Positions 9,498-19,417 of a stretch of 64,000 nt of DNA are shown here, piece by piece. This stretch comes from a virus. Below the pieces are notes generated by a model. That model ran no database searches. It was not told the DNA's origin and was given only the letters and a program-made list of their open reading frames with translations. The stretch lies in the IMG/VR virus record IMGVR_UViG_3300045988_119069; one strand, given 5' to 3'. The stretch's first letter is position 1. Each line of letters opens with the position of its first letter. Made by a program: the position numbers and the translations under genes.

Positions 9498-12400
9498 ATG
9501 GCAAATTTAAAGACCGAAATAATCCTCTCTATGAATGGCAAGGCGGCTATCCAGGTGCTTGAAGCTCTGCGTGATAAAGCCAAGGCCGTAAGAGAGGAAA
9601 TAGACAATCTTGATAAGAACGCTCCCGACTTTAAGGAGCAGAAAGCCGGACTGGAGAAAGTGTATGATGCCTTGCAGTCGGCACACGAGAATGTTATTAA
9701 GGACACGGAACGACTGGACCATGCCCTTCAAAATCTTACGTCCACCTCACTTCAGAATCTTCGCAAGGCTTTGGGCGACGGTCGCCGTCAGTTGCAGAAG
9801 CTATCGGAAGACGAACTGGAACAAGCCGATGAACTAAGAAAGAAGATGAAGCAGATAGGCGATGAGGTCCGTCTGCTTGAGGGTCAGTATGTCAAGATAG
9901 CCGATGGTTTAAAGAATGTCTCCAATCAGTCAGACCAATGGCTCGACAAGGCTATCAAGCAACAGCGCGACCTCGTAGGGTCTTTGGAAAAATCGGATGC
10001 GTCGTATCAGCAGAATCTTGCTACATTGAAGCAACTTGAAGCCGAGGAGGACAGACGCAAAGGCAAGATGAACGTGGCAGAGGCACGTCAAACGGTAAGT
10101 GATGACAATGCCTCTGCTTCGGATTTGCGTCGTGCAAAAGCAACACTTACGGAAGCTCGTGACAAGACAGCCATCGGCAAGACTGGAGAGATCGATTCTT
10201 ACAACCGTGACCTCCAAGAGATAGAGAAGCGACTGGAGGCTGTGTCGGGTAAGGCGCAGAAGGTGGCAATGAGTTGGAACGAGGCAAAACAGGTGTTAGC
10301 TGCGCCAAACAAGGCTACTGGCGAGGACATCAAGCGCACGATGGAAGTGATACAGCAGAAGATACAGCAACTCCCTGCTGGTAGCAAGTTTGTGGCCGAC
10401 CTCCGTCGCCAATACTCCATGCTCGAACAGACCCTCAAGGGCACCCGTATGTCGCAGAGTGCTCTCAACGACATTCTCGCCCGTAGCAAGAAGGGTAAAG
10501 CCTCCCTCGATGAACTGCGCCGTGCCTACAAACAGCTCGAAGATGAACTGAACCAAATCAACATCAAGAGCAAGGAGTTTGCCGACAAGCAGAAGTCGAT
10601 GAAGGAGCTGAAGAAGAACATCGACGAGGTGACGGGCGCAGCCAATAAGCAGGGTGGGGCATGGCATACAGCGATGAAGAACCTCACGGCATACGTCGGA
10701 TTGTTTGCGATATTCAATCATGTAAAAGACCTCGTTGCGGGTGCCATCAAGAAAAACTTTGAGTATTCGGGTTCGTTGACTGACATCCGTAAAGTCAGCG
10801 GTCTAACGATGGAGCAGGTAAAACAACTCTCCACCGAACTGGCTAAAATAGACACCAGAACAAGCGTAGATGGGCTTGCACAGCTCGCGTATGAGGCATC
10901 TAAGCTCGGCGTAGGAAAGTACGGAGTTGAAGGTATGGCCCAATTTGTAAGAGCCGCCGATAAAATTAACGTAGCAATCGGCGAGGAAATGGGTGAAAAG
11001 GCCCTCCCATCATTACTGAAGATGACGGAAGTGATGGGTCTTATCCCGAAGATGGGACTCGAGAAATCCATTGAAGCTGTAGGATCTTCCATGTTTAAGT
11101 TGGCTTCTACATCTACTGCCACGAGCAGTGACATTACTGAGTTTGCAAAGCGATGTACGGGTGTGGCACGAACCGCCGGTATAACAACCGACCAGTTGCT
11201 CGCCCTTGGTAGTGCGTTCAGTGCGCAGATGGCTTCGCCCGAAGTTGCAGCCACCGCTATGTCTAAGTTTATTGTGGCGTTGCAGAAGAACCATAACTTG
11301 ATAGAAAAAGACCTTGCTATCCCTGCCGGAACCATCAACAGTATGTATCAGGCAGGTAACGCTATGGATGCTATTGTCCTTATTCTTGAGAAGATGAAGG
11401 AGAAGGGCAACATGAACGCCCTTGGCGAAATCTTCAAGGATGTAGGTGGCGACGGTCAGCGTCTTATTTCTTCCATGGTTACTATGGCTAAGAACGTGGA
11501 TATGCTGAAAGACCATCTTTACGAGTCGCAGGAAGCCTTTGAGGAAGCCACTGCCGTAGGTAAGGAATACTCGATGCAGCAACAGTCGGCCATCGGCATA
11601 CTCGAAAGAGCCAATAACCTTTGGGAAAAGGCGTTTGTCAATCCCGACGGTGTGGATGCAGTAAAGAGTCTGGCAGAATTTTGGTATGAAATGTCGGCAA
11701 CGATGACAAACAGCCCGTTGTTGAAAGGTACGTTGCAGATTGCTTTACAGATGGTTCTTATTTCGCTAAAAGGTCTCGCTACATTTCTTCCAGTGATTAT
11801 TGGATATATGGCATCGCAAGGTGTATATTCTGGCCTGAGACTTCTGTGGCAATATGTAGTAGCACTCGGTATGGCTGGAAAGGCCATGTTCCAATATGTA
11901 AGAGCTCTTTTCACGGCTAACGCAGCACAAAGCACGTTAAACAAGACAATGAAGCTGAATCCGTGGATAGCTCTCGCGAGTGTCATTATCGGCGTAGCTG
12001 GAGCTATATATGGTTATACGCAGCGAGCAAAGGAAGCGGCTGAAGCAGCAAAAGAAGCGCAGCGTCAGGCAAACGCATGGCGTGAAACTCTCGGACAAGC
12101 CGCTGTAGAGACCAGCAATCTAAATAAAAAGCTCGCAAATTACAAGCGGATGATGAGTGAGGCAAACCTCTCACAAAAGGAACGCCAGGGACTCATATCG
12201 CGCTTTAATAGGGAATTTCGTTCTTATATCAACAAACTTGGTATTGAGATTAAGAGCGTAAAGGATTTGCGCGATCATTATTCAGAACTGGCACAGGAGG
12301 CTCAGAGATCTACTTATTATCGTATGCGTGAACAGGCAAAGCAACAAGCATTGCCTAAGTTGGATTCCAACCGAAATGCCGCTTCCAACGCATTGATGGC

Positions 12401-15400
12401 TCATGTAGAGAAGTTAGGACTGACAAAACTCGGTGTCACATTCCAGGACATAGACCGATGGGTAAGTGCAGGAATGGGTGGCGATGCGTTGTTTATGAAA
12501 TTGGTAAAAATGGCTCCGAAGGACAAGACTGGCTTGGTTGATGGGTTTAATTGGAAAATAGGCAAACAGGGATATATCTATCGCGATACTTACGACAAAA
12601 ACCGCAAGGCGGCTCCTGCTACAGACTTTAAGACACAGACGGATCTCGTTGATTTTCTTTCTGCTTCTCGTTGGTATGTTAATGCGACAAGAAGAAGATC
12701 GAATACGCTAATTCAGATTGATAAGTCTTATAAAAACTGGGTTCCCGTAGGATATACAGATTATACTGAAGACGATCCAGGAACTCTCGGAAAAGACGCT
12801 CCAGATAAGGACGCAATCGCGCAGGAAAAACGAGACAAACGCGACCGTGAGCGTGCTTGGCGTGAAGAACTGAAGCAGAAGCAAGACCAGGCGAAGGCTA
12901 TCATGGACGATGTGGATAACTACTATGACCGTCAGATTAACGCTAAGTTGGCTCAAGCCATATCTCTTAATATGGATGAAGCCGAACAGAAGCAGTTTGT
13001 CCTCCCTCTTAAGCAAAACAAGGAAATAGCTCGTTCGCAGGTGCGTCTTGCGGTTGCAGGTCAACCGAATAAGTGGGAGGACGCAAAGAAGATGATGGCT
13101 GCTGATATGGTGGAGCAAGCGGACGAGACGGGTGTAAACCTTTCAAAAGATTTGCTTGACGGTATATTGAAAAACGACATCGAAAATTTGCGCAAACTTA
13201 TGGAGCAGTTGGGCAAAGGCCTCGGTCTGTCTATGAACTCCATCACAGCGCAAATCTTCGCAAAAGCCACACGCAGCGAGCAGGAACTTCTGAAGATGCA
13301 GTTCAAACAGATGGAGGCACGCCGTAAGATTGCGATGGAGCACGACTATACGGGTATTGTTCAGCAAAACTCGTATGACAACTTCAATGAAATGGGTTAT
13401 TCTGCGCCTACAAAGGAGGAGACAACCGTTACAAAGAAGATGGTTGACGGTAAGGAGATTCTCGACAATTCGGCTTTCGAGAAGCGCAAGAAGATCATTA
13501 AAGAGATGTTCGAGGCGGCTCGCCGGAATATTGCCCAGCTCTATACGATTGATGTTACTACTACAAAGGGTAGGGGAATGTTGATGAAGATGCTCTTTGG
13601 CGATGATCCCGACGGCATGGCAGCTCGTATCAAGACATCGTTAGGTGAGAGCGAAGATAGCTGGAAGGCTTTTTATCAGAACCTTATCCAGTATTCGGAC
13701 AATTATGCGGAAGCTGAAAAAAAGAAGTACGACTCTGCAAAGAAAATAGTTGATTTTTGGTGGTCCTCCAATAAGCGCAATCTTGCCCAACAAACAAAAC
13801 TGCGCAAGATGGAGAACGAAAGCAAGATGTTCGGCAAACGCACAAACCTTCTCTCTAATCTCGGTCTCGCAAACCTTACAGCCGACCCTGAGATAGAATT
13901 AATGAAGGCGCGTATGCAAGCTGCTGAAGACTATTACGCCTTTGTAGAACGTAACACGAAGAACAAGCAGCTTATCGACGAAGCCGAACGTGCCCGTCAG
14001 GAGGCGGAACTTGCCTATGCAAATCAGATGGCAACAGCTATGAAGTCGCGCCTCTCGCAGATGAAGGAACTTGTGCAGCCCATTGAGGATTTTGGCGGAG
14101 CCGTAGGACAGGCTCTTGCCGAAATGCGCTATGATGCCGAGAGCGCAAACGACGCTATAAAGTCTGCCCTCAAGTCTATGCTTGAATCATGGGGAAAGAT
14201 GGCACTTAACGATGTGAACACACAAATGTGGAAAGCCATTAACGATGCCGCTGCCAAAAAAGGTAAGGCGAACGCACAGCCTGATATAGACGCGGCCCGT
14301 GCAAATGCCAATGCAAATGTTATTATGCCTGACTTCACCAATATTGGTACGGAGCAGAATCCGGTGTGGGTGCGCATCGTTGACAATCATTATGAGAACG
14401 CCAACGGCGACCGTGTGGGTGCTCCACGAGCATGGCGCAAGCGCAATGGTTATTCCACTGAAGACGACCGCGACGGATTTGCCCAATATGTAGGACAGGT
14501 AGGTGGCGAAGTCGCAGGTGTGGTTACAAGTGGTGGCTCTTTGTCTGATGTTGCAGCAAACGGATTAGGAGCAGCCCTTAACGTCCCTATTAGTGGCAAG
14601 GGAAAAAGCTCAAAAGACAAGGACAATCAGCTCAAGAAGGAAAAGAATCATCAAAAGGCTCTTACCAAGGAGGTAAAGAAGGGGCTTTCCGACCGAGAGA
14701 AGGCTACTGATAAAGGCGTAAAGAATATCACGAAGTCAACCGAACAAGGCAATGACGAACAAAGCAAGGGTACGGAATTAGCGCAAAAAGGCATGCTTGC
14801 AGGAACCGAGAAGTTCCTGAATACTTCCTTCCAACTCAAGCAGAAGAACAATGACGAGCAGGCAAACGCAGACGCGGATCTTGCAGAGAAACAAATGACG
14901 TTTTCTATTGCTGGTGCCATTGGTAAGTGTTTTCAGTTCTTAGGCCCGATTGCCGGACCTATCGCAGCAGCCGTAGTAATGTCAACTCTTACGGGATTGA
15001 TGCAGTGGGCGTTAAGCTCGGCTTTCAATAAGAAGAAAAGTTCTTCCAAAGGTCCGAATACTAAGGTTGTTTCCGGCATGCTCACCTACGACTCCGGTAA
15101 CGTGCAAGACCTCCGTCCGTTCGTCGGCAACGATGGCAGTCTTTATTGGGCAACCGAGGACAATAAGCCACACGACGGCGTAAACCTCCTTACACGTCCT
15201 ACCGCCACCACCATCAACGGTCATCCGTCCCTGGTAGCCGAGAATGGTCCAGAGTTGGTAATCGGCCGAGAGACCACGCAAGCCATGATGATGAACAACC
15301 CACAACTATTGAAGGCTCTCGTCAATTACGACCGCAACTATTCAGGTCGCCGCGCCTACGACAACGGCAATGTAGCCGAAACAAGCCCCACAGTAGCCGC

Positions 15401-15587
15401 AGGAGCTTCTGTAAGCGACGAAATGGTGTCTGTACAAGCCAACACAAATATTGCGCTCCAGCAAGCCGTAAACGCGCTCCTGCAACGTTTGGAGCAGCCT
15501 ATTGAGGCGAAGATTGACATGTACGGCCGTGGCAAGCTCTATGACAGCATGGCAAAGGCCGACCGCTTTATGAAGAATAAGTCATAG
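9498..15587 (+). CDS. tail tape measure protein
   Basis: 2029 aa. Long coiled-coil regions. Tape-measure core-like segment (AKIDTRTSVDGLAQLAYEASKLG ... TAGITTDQLLALGSAF), a hydrophobic block and a C-terminal GPELVIG segment. Confidence 0.85.
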   Translation: MANLKTEIILSMNGKAAIQVLEALRDKAKAVREEIDNLDKNAPDFKEQKAGLEKVYDALQSAHENVIKDTERLDHALQNLTSTSLQNLRKALGDGRRQLQKLSEDELEQADELRKKMKQIGDEVRLLEGQYVKIADGLKNVSNQSDQWLDKAIKQQRDLVGSLEKSDASYQQNLATLKQLEAEEDRRKGKMNVAEARQTVSDDNASASDLRRAKATLTEARDKTAIGKTGEIDSYNRDLQEIEKRLEAVSGKAQKVAMSWNEAKQVLAAPNKATGEDIKRTMEVIQQKIQQLPAGSKFVADLRRQYSMLEQTLKGTRMSQSALNDILARSKKGKASLDELRRAYKQLEDELNQINIKSKEFADKQKSMKELKKNIDEVTGAANKQGGAWHTAMKNLTAYVGLFAIFNHVKDLVAGAIKKNFEYSGSLTDIRKVSGLTMEQVKQLSTELAKIDTRTSVDGLAQLAYEASKLGVGKYGVEGMAQFVRAADKINVAIGEEMGEKALPSLLKMTEVMGLIPKMGLEKSIEAVGSSMFKLASTSTATSSDITEFAKRCTGVARTAGITTDQLLALGSAFSAQMASPEVAATAMSKFIVALQKNHNLIEKDLAIPAGTINSMYQAGNAMDAIVLILEKMKEKGNMNALGEIFKDVGGDGQRLISSMVTMAKNVDMLKDHLYESQEAFEEATAVGKEYSMQQQSAIGILERANNLWEKAFVNPDGVDAVKSLAEFWYEMSATMTNSPLLKGTLQIALQMVLISLKGLATFLPVIIGYMASQGVYSGLRLLWQYVVALGMAGKAMFQYVRALFTANAAQSTLNKTMKLNPWIALASVIIGVAGAIYGYTQRAKEAAEAAKEAQRQANAWRETLGQAAVETSNLNKKLANYKRMMSEANLSQKERQGLISRFNREFRSYINKLGIEIKSVKDLRDHYSELAQEAQRSTYYRMREQAKQQALPKLDSNRNAASNALMAHVEKLGLTKLGVTFQDIDRWVSAGMGGDALFMKLVKMAPKDKTGLVDGFNWKIGKQGYIYRDTYDKNRKAAPATDFKTQTDLVDFLSASRWYVNATRRRSNTLIQIDKSYKNWVPVGYTDYTEDDPGTLGKDAPDKDAIAQEKRDKRDRERAWREELKQKQDQAKAIMDDVDNYYDRQINAKLAQAISLNMDEAEQKQFVLPLKQNKEIARSQVRLAVAGQPNKWEDAKKMMAADMVEQADETGVNLSKDLLDGILKNDIENLRKLMEQLGKGLGLSMNSITAQIFAKATRSEQELLKMQFKQMEARRKIAMEHDYTGIVQQNSYDNFNEMGYSAPTKEETTVTKKMVDGKEILDNSAFEKRKKIIKEMFEAARRNIAQLYTIDVTTTKGRGMLMKMLFGDDPDGMAARIKTSLGESEDSWKAFYQNLIQYSDNYAEAEKKKYDSAKKIVDFWWSSNKRNLAQQTKLRKMENESKMFGKRTNLLSNLGLANLTADPEIELMKARMQAAEDYYAFVERNTKNKQLIDEAERARQEAELAYANQMATAMKSRLSQMKELVQPIEDFGGAVGQALAEMRYDAESANDAIKSALKSMLESWGKMALNDVNTQMWKAINDAAAKKGKANAQPDIDAARANANANVIMPDFTNIGTEQNPVWVRIVDNHYENANGDRVGAPRAWRKRNGYSTEDDRDGFAQYVGQVGGEVAGVVTSGGSLSDVAANGLGAALNVPISGKGKSSKDKDNQLKKEKNHQKALTKEVKKGLSDREKATDKGVKNITKSTEQGNDEQSKGTELAQKGMLAGTEKFLNTSFQLKQKNNDEQANADADLAEKQMTFSIAGAIGKCFQFLGPIAGPIAAAVVMSTLTGLMQWALSSAFNKKKSSSKGPNTKVVSGMLTYDSGNVQDLRPFVGNDGSLYWATEDNKPHDGVNLLTRPTATTINGHPSLVAENGPELVIGRETTQAMMMNNPQLLKALVNYDRNYSGRRAYDNGNVAETSPTVAAGASVSDEMVSVQANTNIALQQAVNALLQRLEQPIEAKIDMYGRGKLYDSMAKADRFMKNKS

Positions 15588-15617
15588 GTTAATGAATTAT
15601 CAAATGTTAAAATTGTT

Positions 15618-15654
15618 AAGACCGTTTCGTTGAGATAGCGAGACGGTCTTTTCG
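15618..15654 (+). terminator. rho-independent terminator after the tape measure gene
   Basis: aagaccgtttcg / cgagacggtctt stem followed by tt. Confidence 0.6.
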
Positions 15655-16007
15655 TATGTGCCTTTTTCCCGAATTAAAATGGCGAACCTTGCACCTCTGT
15701 AACTTATTGATACTTTGCATTTTCAACGTGTCATATACGTCAAGAGTGCATAAATACATAGGAATCCTCTACTATATACTTTATTTTCCGACCATTTCTT
15801 TTCTTCCCCATTTTCAAAATCCCCGAACCTCAAATCAAAGGTTAGTAGCATTAACGCCTATGGCGTAACTAATACACTCTCAGTAAGTTATGGATGTATG
15901 AGAAAGGGGCAGCTCGGCAGAAAATGATGGATTTATGTGGAAATATGATGTATTTTCTTATATATTTTTTTCCTTACGCACCCTTATATCTATAAAAAAT
16001 AATTAAA

Positions 16008-16195
16008 TTTTTGCACTCTTAGAATATAACTAATTGAAAATTTGGAAGATAAGTAGGATTTTGGTTAGCACAAAGCTTGCTCAAAGCATACATTTGCCTT
16101 GCACATTCAGAACGTGTTTTGCACTCTTGGAGTAAGGACGTTCGGCTTGTTTTCTTAAAGTATGCACATTTGATTTCGGTTTTGCACTCTTGGGG
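16008..16195. repeat. direct repeats TTTGCACTCTT(GG) in an AT-rich intergenic region
   Basis: gttttgcactcttgg occurs exactly at 16116 and 16179 (63 bp apart). tttttgcactctt lies at 16008. A fourth copy, atttgcactctt, lies at 29577. Confidence 0.6.
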
Positions 16196-16294
16196 AGTCT
16201 GAAGTGCAAGTTTACACAAAAGTCTTGAAAAGTTAAAAATGTATAAAAACATGGATAAACGAACGTAAGTTTTGGTTATGTTTGTTTTTATTCT

Positions 16295-16302
16295 TAAATT
16301 TG
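16295..16302 (+). promoter_or_regulatory. candidate Bacteroidota -7 box (TAAATTTG)
   Basis: Matches TAnnTTTG, 39 nt upstream of the primase-like start. Confidence 0.45.
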
Positions 16303-16340
16303 CAGTGATAACAATACTGACATTCGTTTAAGGCTATAAT

Positions 16341-17402
16341 ATGTTTGATGAAATTTGCTCAATATACGAGTCGTCCACCGACAACAAGGGTAGGTTTGTT
16401 GACCGTGAGACGGGCGAGTGCATACAGCAGATGACTATCCGTGAGTTTTGTCTGACGGACAGATGGAAGCCGTATGTGCAGCGGCTGCGTGCCATGCGTC
16501 AGGAATTAGGCAGCAAGGCGAAGAAGATGCCGGAATATATCGAGACGAAGAAGATGTTGCCGGGTGCTACCCTTAGTGGACTGTTCGAGCTCTGGGAGGA
16601 TGACTGCATTGACAAGAACGGACGCACATATCGCGATGTAGTCAGCCGACGCGAAACGCATCTGAAGCAGCACACAGGCTGGTTAGCCATCGACATAGAC
16701 TTGGACGACAATCAGCAGATTACCTGCTTTGACAATATCCGAAAGGTTTGCCGTTTTCGTCCGGAGGTGGCATTGCTCATGCGTTCCTGTTCAGGTACTG
16801 GCTATTTCGGCTTGGTGCGTTTGGCTTACCCTGAACAGCATAAGGCGCAGTTTAAGGCTCTGAGGCAGGAATATGCAGTGTTAGGCATCACGCTTGACAA
16901 GGCATGCAGCAACATCGGGCGTGTGCGCTTCGCCTCATGGGACGACCCTGAGCATATATATATAAACGAAAAAGCCATTCCATATAAAGGTCTGGATGCG
17001 GGAGAGACACAAATCTTGCTGACAGACACATCACACCGGCATCAGCCGGGCAGGTACAGCAAGGGTCCTGACAGTTGTGACATTATCTATCTGAAGGCTT
17101 CACGACTGGTCAGCAAGATAGAGGCGTGTGGCGTTGACATTATGGGATGTTATGACGAATGGGTAAGATGCGGAATGGCATTGCACGATGTGTCGGCTTT
17201 GTATGGATATGATATGTGGAAGAGGGTTTCACGTTTTCGTCCCTCCGAAGCGTCACACGGACATAAAGACAGCGACTTCAGTAGTCGTTGGGCAGGTTTT
17301 GCCAACAGCCGTGTGAGAGCAGAGACGTTTTTCTGGATGTGTAAGAATAGCAATATAGAGCTGACGGATGATGATCTCAGAGAGATTTATCAGACACAGT
17401 AA
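16341..17402 (+). CDS. primase-like protein (VirE/BT4734-type N-terminal domain plus PriCT-2-like C-terminus)
   Basis: The WLAIDIDLD, RSCSGTGYFGLV and IGRVRFASWD block resembles BT4734/VirE_N. The C-terminal YDEWVRCGMAL...WKRVS block resembles PriCT-2. Confidence 0.55.
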   Translation: MFDEICSIYESSTDNKGRFVDRETGECIQQMTIREFCLTDRWKPYVQRLRAMRQELGSKAKKMPEYIETKKMLPGATLSGLFELWEDDCIDKNGRTYRDVVSRRETHLKQHTGWLAIDIDLDDNQQITCFDNIRKVCRFRPEVALLMRSCSGTGYFGLVRLAYPEQHKAQFKALRQEYAVLGITLDKACSNIGRVRFASWDDPEHIYINEKAIPYKGLDAGETQILLTDTSHRHQPGRYSKGPDSCDIIYLKASRLVSKIEACGVDIMGCYDEWVRCGMALHDVSALYGYDMWKRVSRFRPSEASHGHKDSDFSSRWAGFANSRVRAETFFWMCKNSNIELTDDDLREIYQTQ

Positions 17403-17431
17403 ACAGGAAGGAATTTTGCCTTAAAATACCT

Positions 17432-17486
17432 TCTATGCGAGTCCTATGCGAGTTCTATTCGTGTCCTATTCGTGTTCTATGATTCT
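17432..17486. repeat. tandem 11-bp repeat x5
   Basis: tctatgcgagt cctatgcgagt tctattcgtgt cctattcgtgt tctatgattct. Confidence 0.7.
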
Positions 17487-17549
17487 TCATTTTATATTTA
17501 CTTCTTTTTCATTGATTATTTTAAATGAAAAATTTCAATAAAACGATAT

Positions 17550-18047
17550 ATGAAACTAATAACAATTACCGGTCCGAGTGGTGCAGGAAAGGACACTGTG
17601 GCTCGGATGCTGTCTGATCTGGGCGGCTATAAGGTGTTGTGTTCTTATACTACACGTCCGAAGCGTGAAGGCGAGATTGACGGTTTGGAACACCATTTTG
17701 TAGAGAAATGCGACGTGCCACACGACAAGATGCTTGCATACACACAGTATGGTGGCTATGAATACTGGACCACCATCGACCAGGTGACGGACAAGGCTAT
17801 TTACGTCATTGACGAAGACGGACTGAGAGCTTTGCGTAAGAAGCTTCACAACGTAGATCTGTTTTCTATTTATGTGTCGGCAAATGAAGCAACCCGACTG
17901 CGCCGAGGAGTGTCACAGGAACGCATAGCCCGCGACATGGAACGCAAGCATCTGCCGTTTTCGTTCTTCAACGCATTCATCTTCAACAATGATTTGCTAA
18001 GCGACTTGCTTGACGAGGTGCAGCGAGTGAAATATATGATTGTGTGA
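17550..18047 (+). CDS. guanylate kinase-like nucleoside monophosphate kinase
   Basis: P-loop GPSGAGKDT and the TTRPKREGEIDGLEHHFV block typical of Gmk. Confidence 0.7.
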   Translation: MKLITITGPSGAGKDTVARMLSDLGGYKVLCSYTTRPKREGEIDGLEHHFVEKCDVPHDKMLAYTQYGGYEYWTTIDQVTDKAIYVIDEDGLRALRKKLHNVDLFSIYVSANEATRLRRGVSQERIARDMERKHLPFSFFNAFIFNNDLLSDLLDEVQRVKYMIV

Positions 18048-18104
18048 GCATCGAGAATATGAAAATGCACTATCTATTAAATAACAAACTAAAATTCATA
18101 AGTA

Positions 18105-19001
18105 ATGAAATTCACCGAGCCACAAGTGGAATGGTGGCAGCAGACCTCTCTTGCACAACATATAGCAAGGGTGGGCAGAATATGCTACAAGGCTAAGGGC
18201 AAGCAGCCCGAAGAAGGAATGACCGAAGAGGAGGTGGAAGCCTTTATTCAGAAGCGCGACGAGGAACGCTGCAAGGGATTTTGGGAAAGCGGACACTGTT
18301 CGATGTATCGCCACGGCACTGTCTACTTCTTCATGCCCAACGAAAAGGGTCTACCTAACTACATCTGGGCATATCTGAATGCTTCGCCTTACATCGACTA
18401 TGCCACAAAGAACCACAAAGCATGGATTAGCACTAATATGCAGTTTATGCTTGAGAACAAGAACCTGATGGACGCGCTTAGCCCGTATGGTGTCAGCGAA
18501 GACGAGTTTATTGAGAAGGCTCGGAAGTACGAGTGCGAGGAGGCTTTCTCCATTATCCGCATGACGCTGGTAGTAACCACGCAGATAAGCACATCGCGCG
18601 AGCTCAACCGCACATCGCCCAATAGCATAGCCGAGCAGAGCACACGCTATTGCAATCTGGAGAAGAAGGGAGGCGTACAGATAGCACGTCCGCATTGGTA
18701 TGATGAAGGCACTCGTTGGCAGCGTATGGTGTATGGCTTTGTATGCCGAGTGTGCGAGTGGGGCTACAACCGACTTCTGAAGGCGGGATTGAAGCCGCAG
18801 GATGCACGAGGTGTTCTGCCTCTTGACACCTATACTGTTGTGGCATATACATACACTATTGCCGACTGGAAGCATATTCTTGACTTGCGCTATCATCGTA
18901 AGACGGGCACACCGCATCCCAATGCAAAGATTGTTGGCGAGAAGATACGTAACATCATCCTTGAGCGCATGCGCCAATACTTTGCGGTGTTTGACATTTA
19001 A
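18105..19001 (+). CDS. thyX: ThyX-like FAD-dependent thymidylate synthase (divergent)
   Basis: ThyX-motif-like LNRTSPNSIAEQSTRY, with LNR where the canonical motif has RHR. C-terminal WKHILDLRYHR block. Confidence 0.5.
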   Translation: MKFTEPQVEWWQQTSLAQHIARVGRICYKAKGKQPEEGMTEEEVEAFIQKRDEERCKGFWESGHCSMYRHGTVYFFMPNEKGLPNYIWAYLNASPYIDYATKNHKAWISTNMQFMLENKNLMDALSPYGVSEDEFIEKARKYECEEAFSIIRMTLVVTTQISTSRELNRTSPNSIAEQSTRYCNLEKKGGVQIARPHWYDEGTRWQRMVYGFVCRVCEWGYNRLLKAGLKPQDARGVLPLDTYTVVAYTYTIADWKHILDLRYHRKTGTPHPNAKIVGEKIRNIILERMRQYFAVFDI

Positions 19002-19027
19002 TCATTAATATAAACTATATATATATC

Positions 19028-19417
19028 ATGGCGAATTTAACATTAAACGAATATCAGAACAAGGCAATGAGTACTTGTATGCCTGAGAGTGACAATCTCT
19101 TCTATATGCTTGCCAATCTCGTAGGTGAGGTTGGCGAGTTTGCAAGCAAAGCCGGCAAGCACATGCGTAAGGGCAAGCTGCATATAACCACAACACAACG
19201 CGACGAGGAAGGCAAGATCCTGCATACGCAGGTATGGAACGTCAGCGACGAGGAACGTCATCTTATGCTCTCTGAAATCGGCGACATTCTCTGGCAGACT
19301 GCAGGACTGGCAAAAGTAATGGGCGTTACGCTCGAAGATGTGGCAGAAGAAAACCTCGCAAAATTTGCCTCTCGCAAGCAGCGAAATGTCATTGCCGGCG
19401 ATGGTGACGAGCGTTAG
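19028..19417 (+). CDS. mazG: MazG-like nucleotide pyrophosphohydrolase
   Basis: LVGEVGEF and SEIGDILW acidic helices typical of MazG. 129 aa. Confidence 0.75.
   Translation: MANLTLNEYQNKAMSTCMPESDNLFYMLANLVGEVGEFASKAGKHMRKGKLHITTTQRDEEGKILHTQVWNVSDEERHLMLSEIGDILWQTAGLAKVMGVTLEDVAEENLAKFASRKQRNVIAGDGDER

Noticed and set aside
9507-15305. Numerous 60-200-aa antisense or alternate-frame ORFs inside the tape measure gene. The same occurs inside terL, the 944-aa and 1420-aa genes, and the C5-MTase (for example 35366-35701, 35568-36017 and 35765-36193).
   Set aside because: They are fully nested in long ORFs that carry clear motifs. Their compositions are Arg/Ser/Cys/His-rich, typical of out-of-frame translation.
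15656-16252. ORFs 15656-15868 (+) and 16019-16252 (-) as genes.
   Set aside because: They lie in the AT-rich repeat region. Their peptides are low complexity, and the QECKT duplication in the minus ORF simply mirrors the DNA repeats. No start context is present.
16008-17486. The direct repeats as a CRISPR array.
   Set aside because: There are only 2-3 short (13-15 nt) repeats with irregular spacing, plus an 11-bp head-to-tail tandem without spacers. No cas genes are present.
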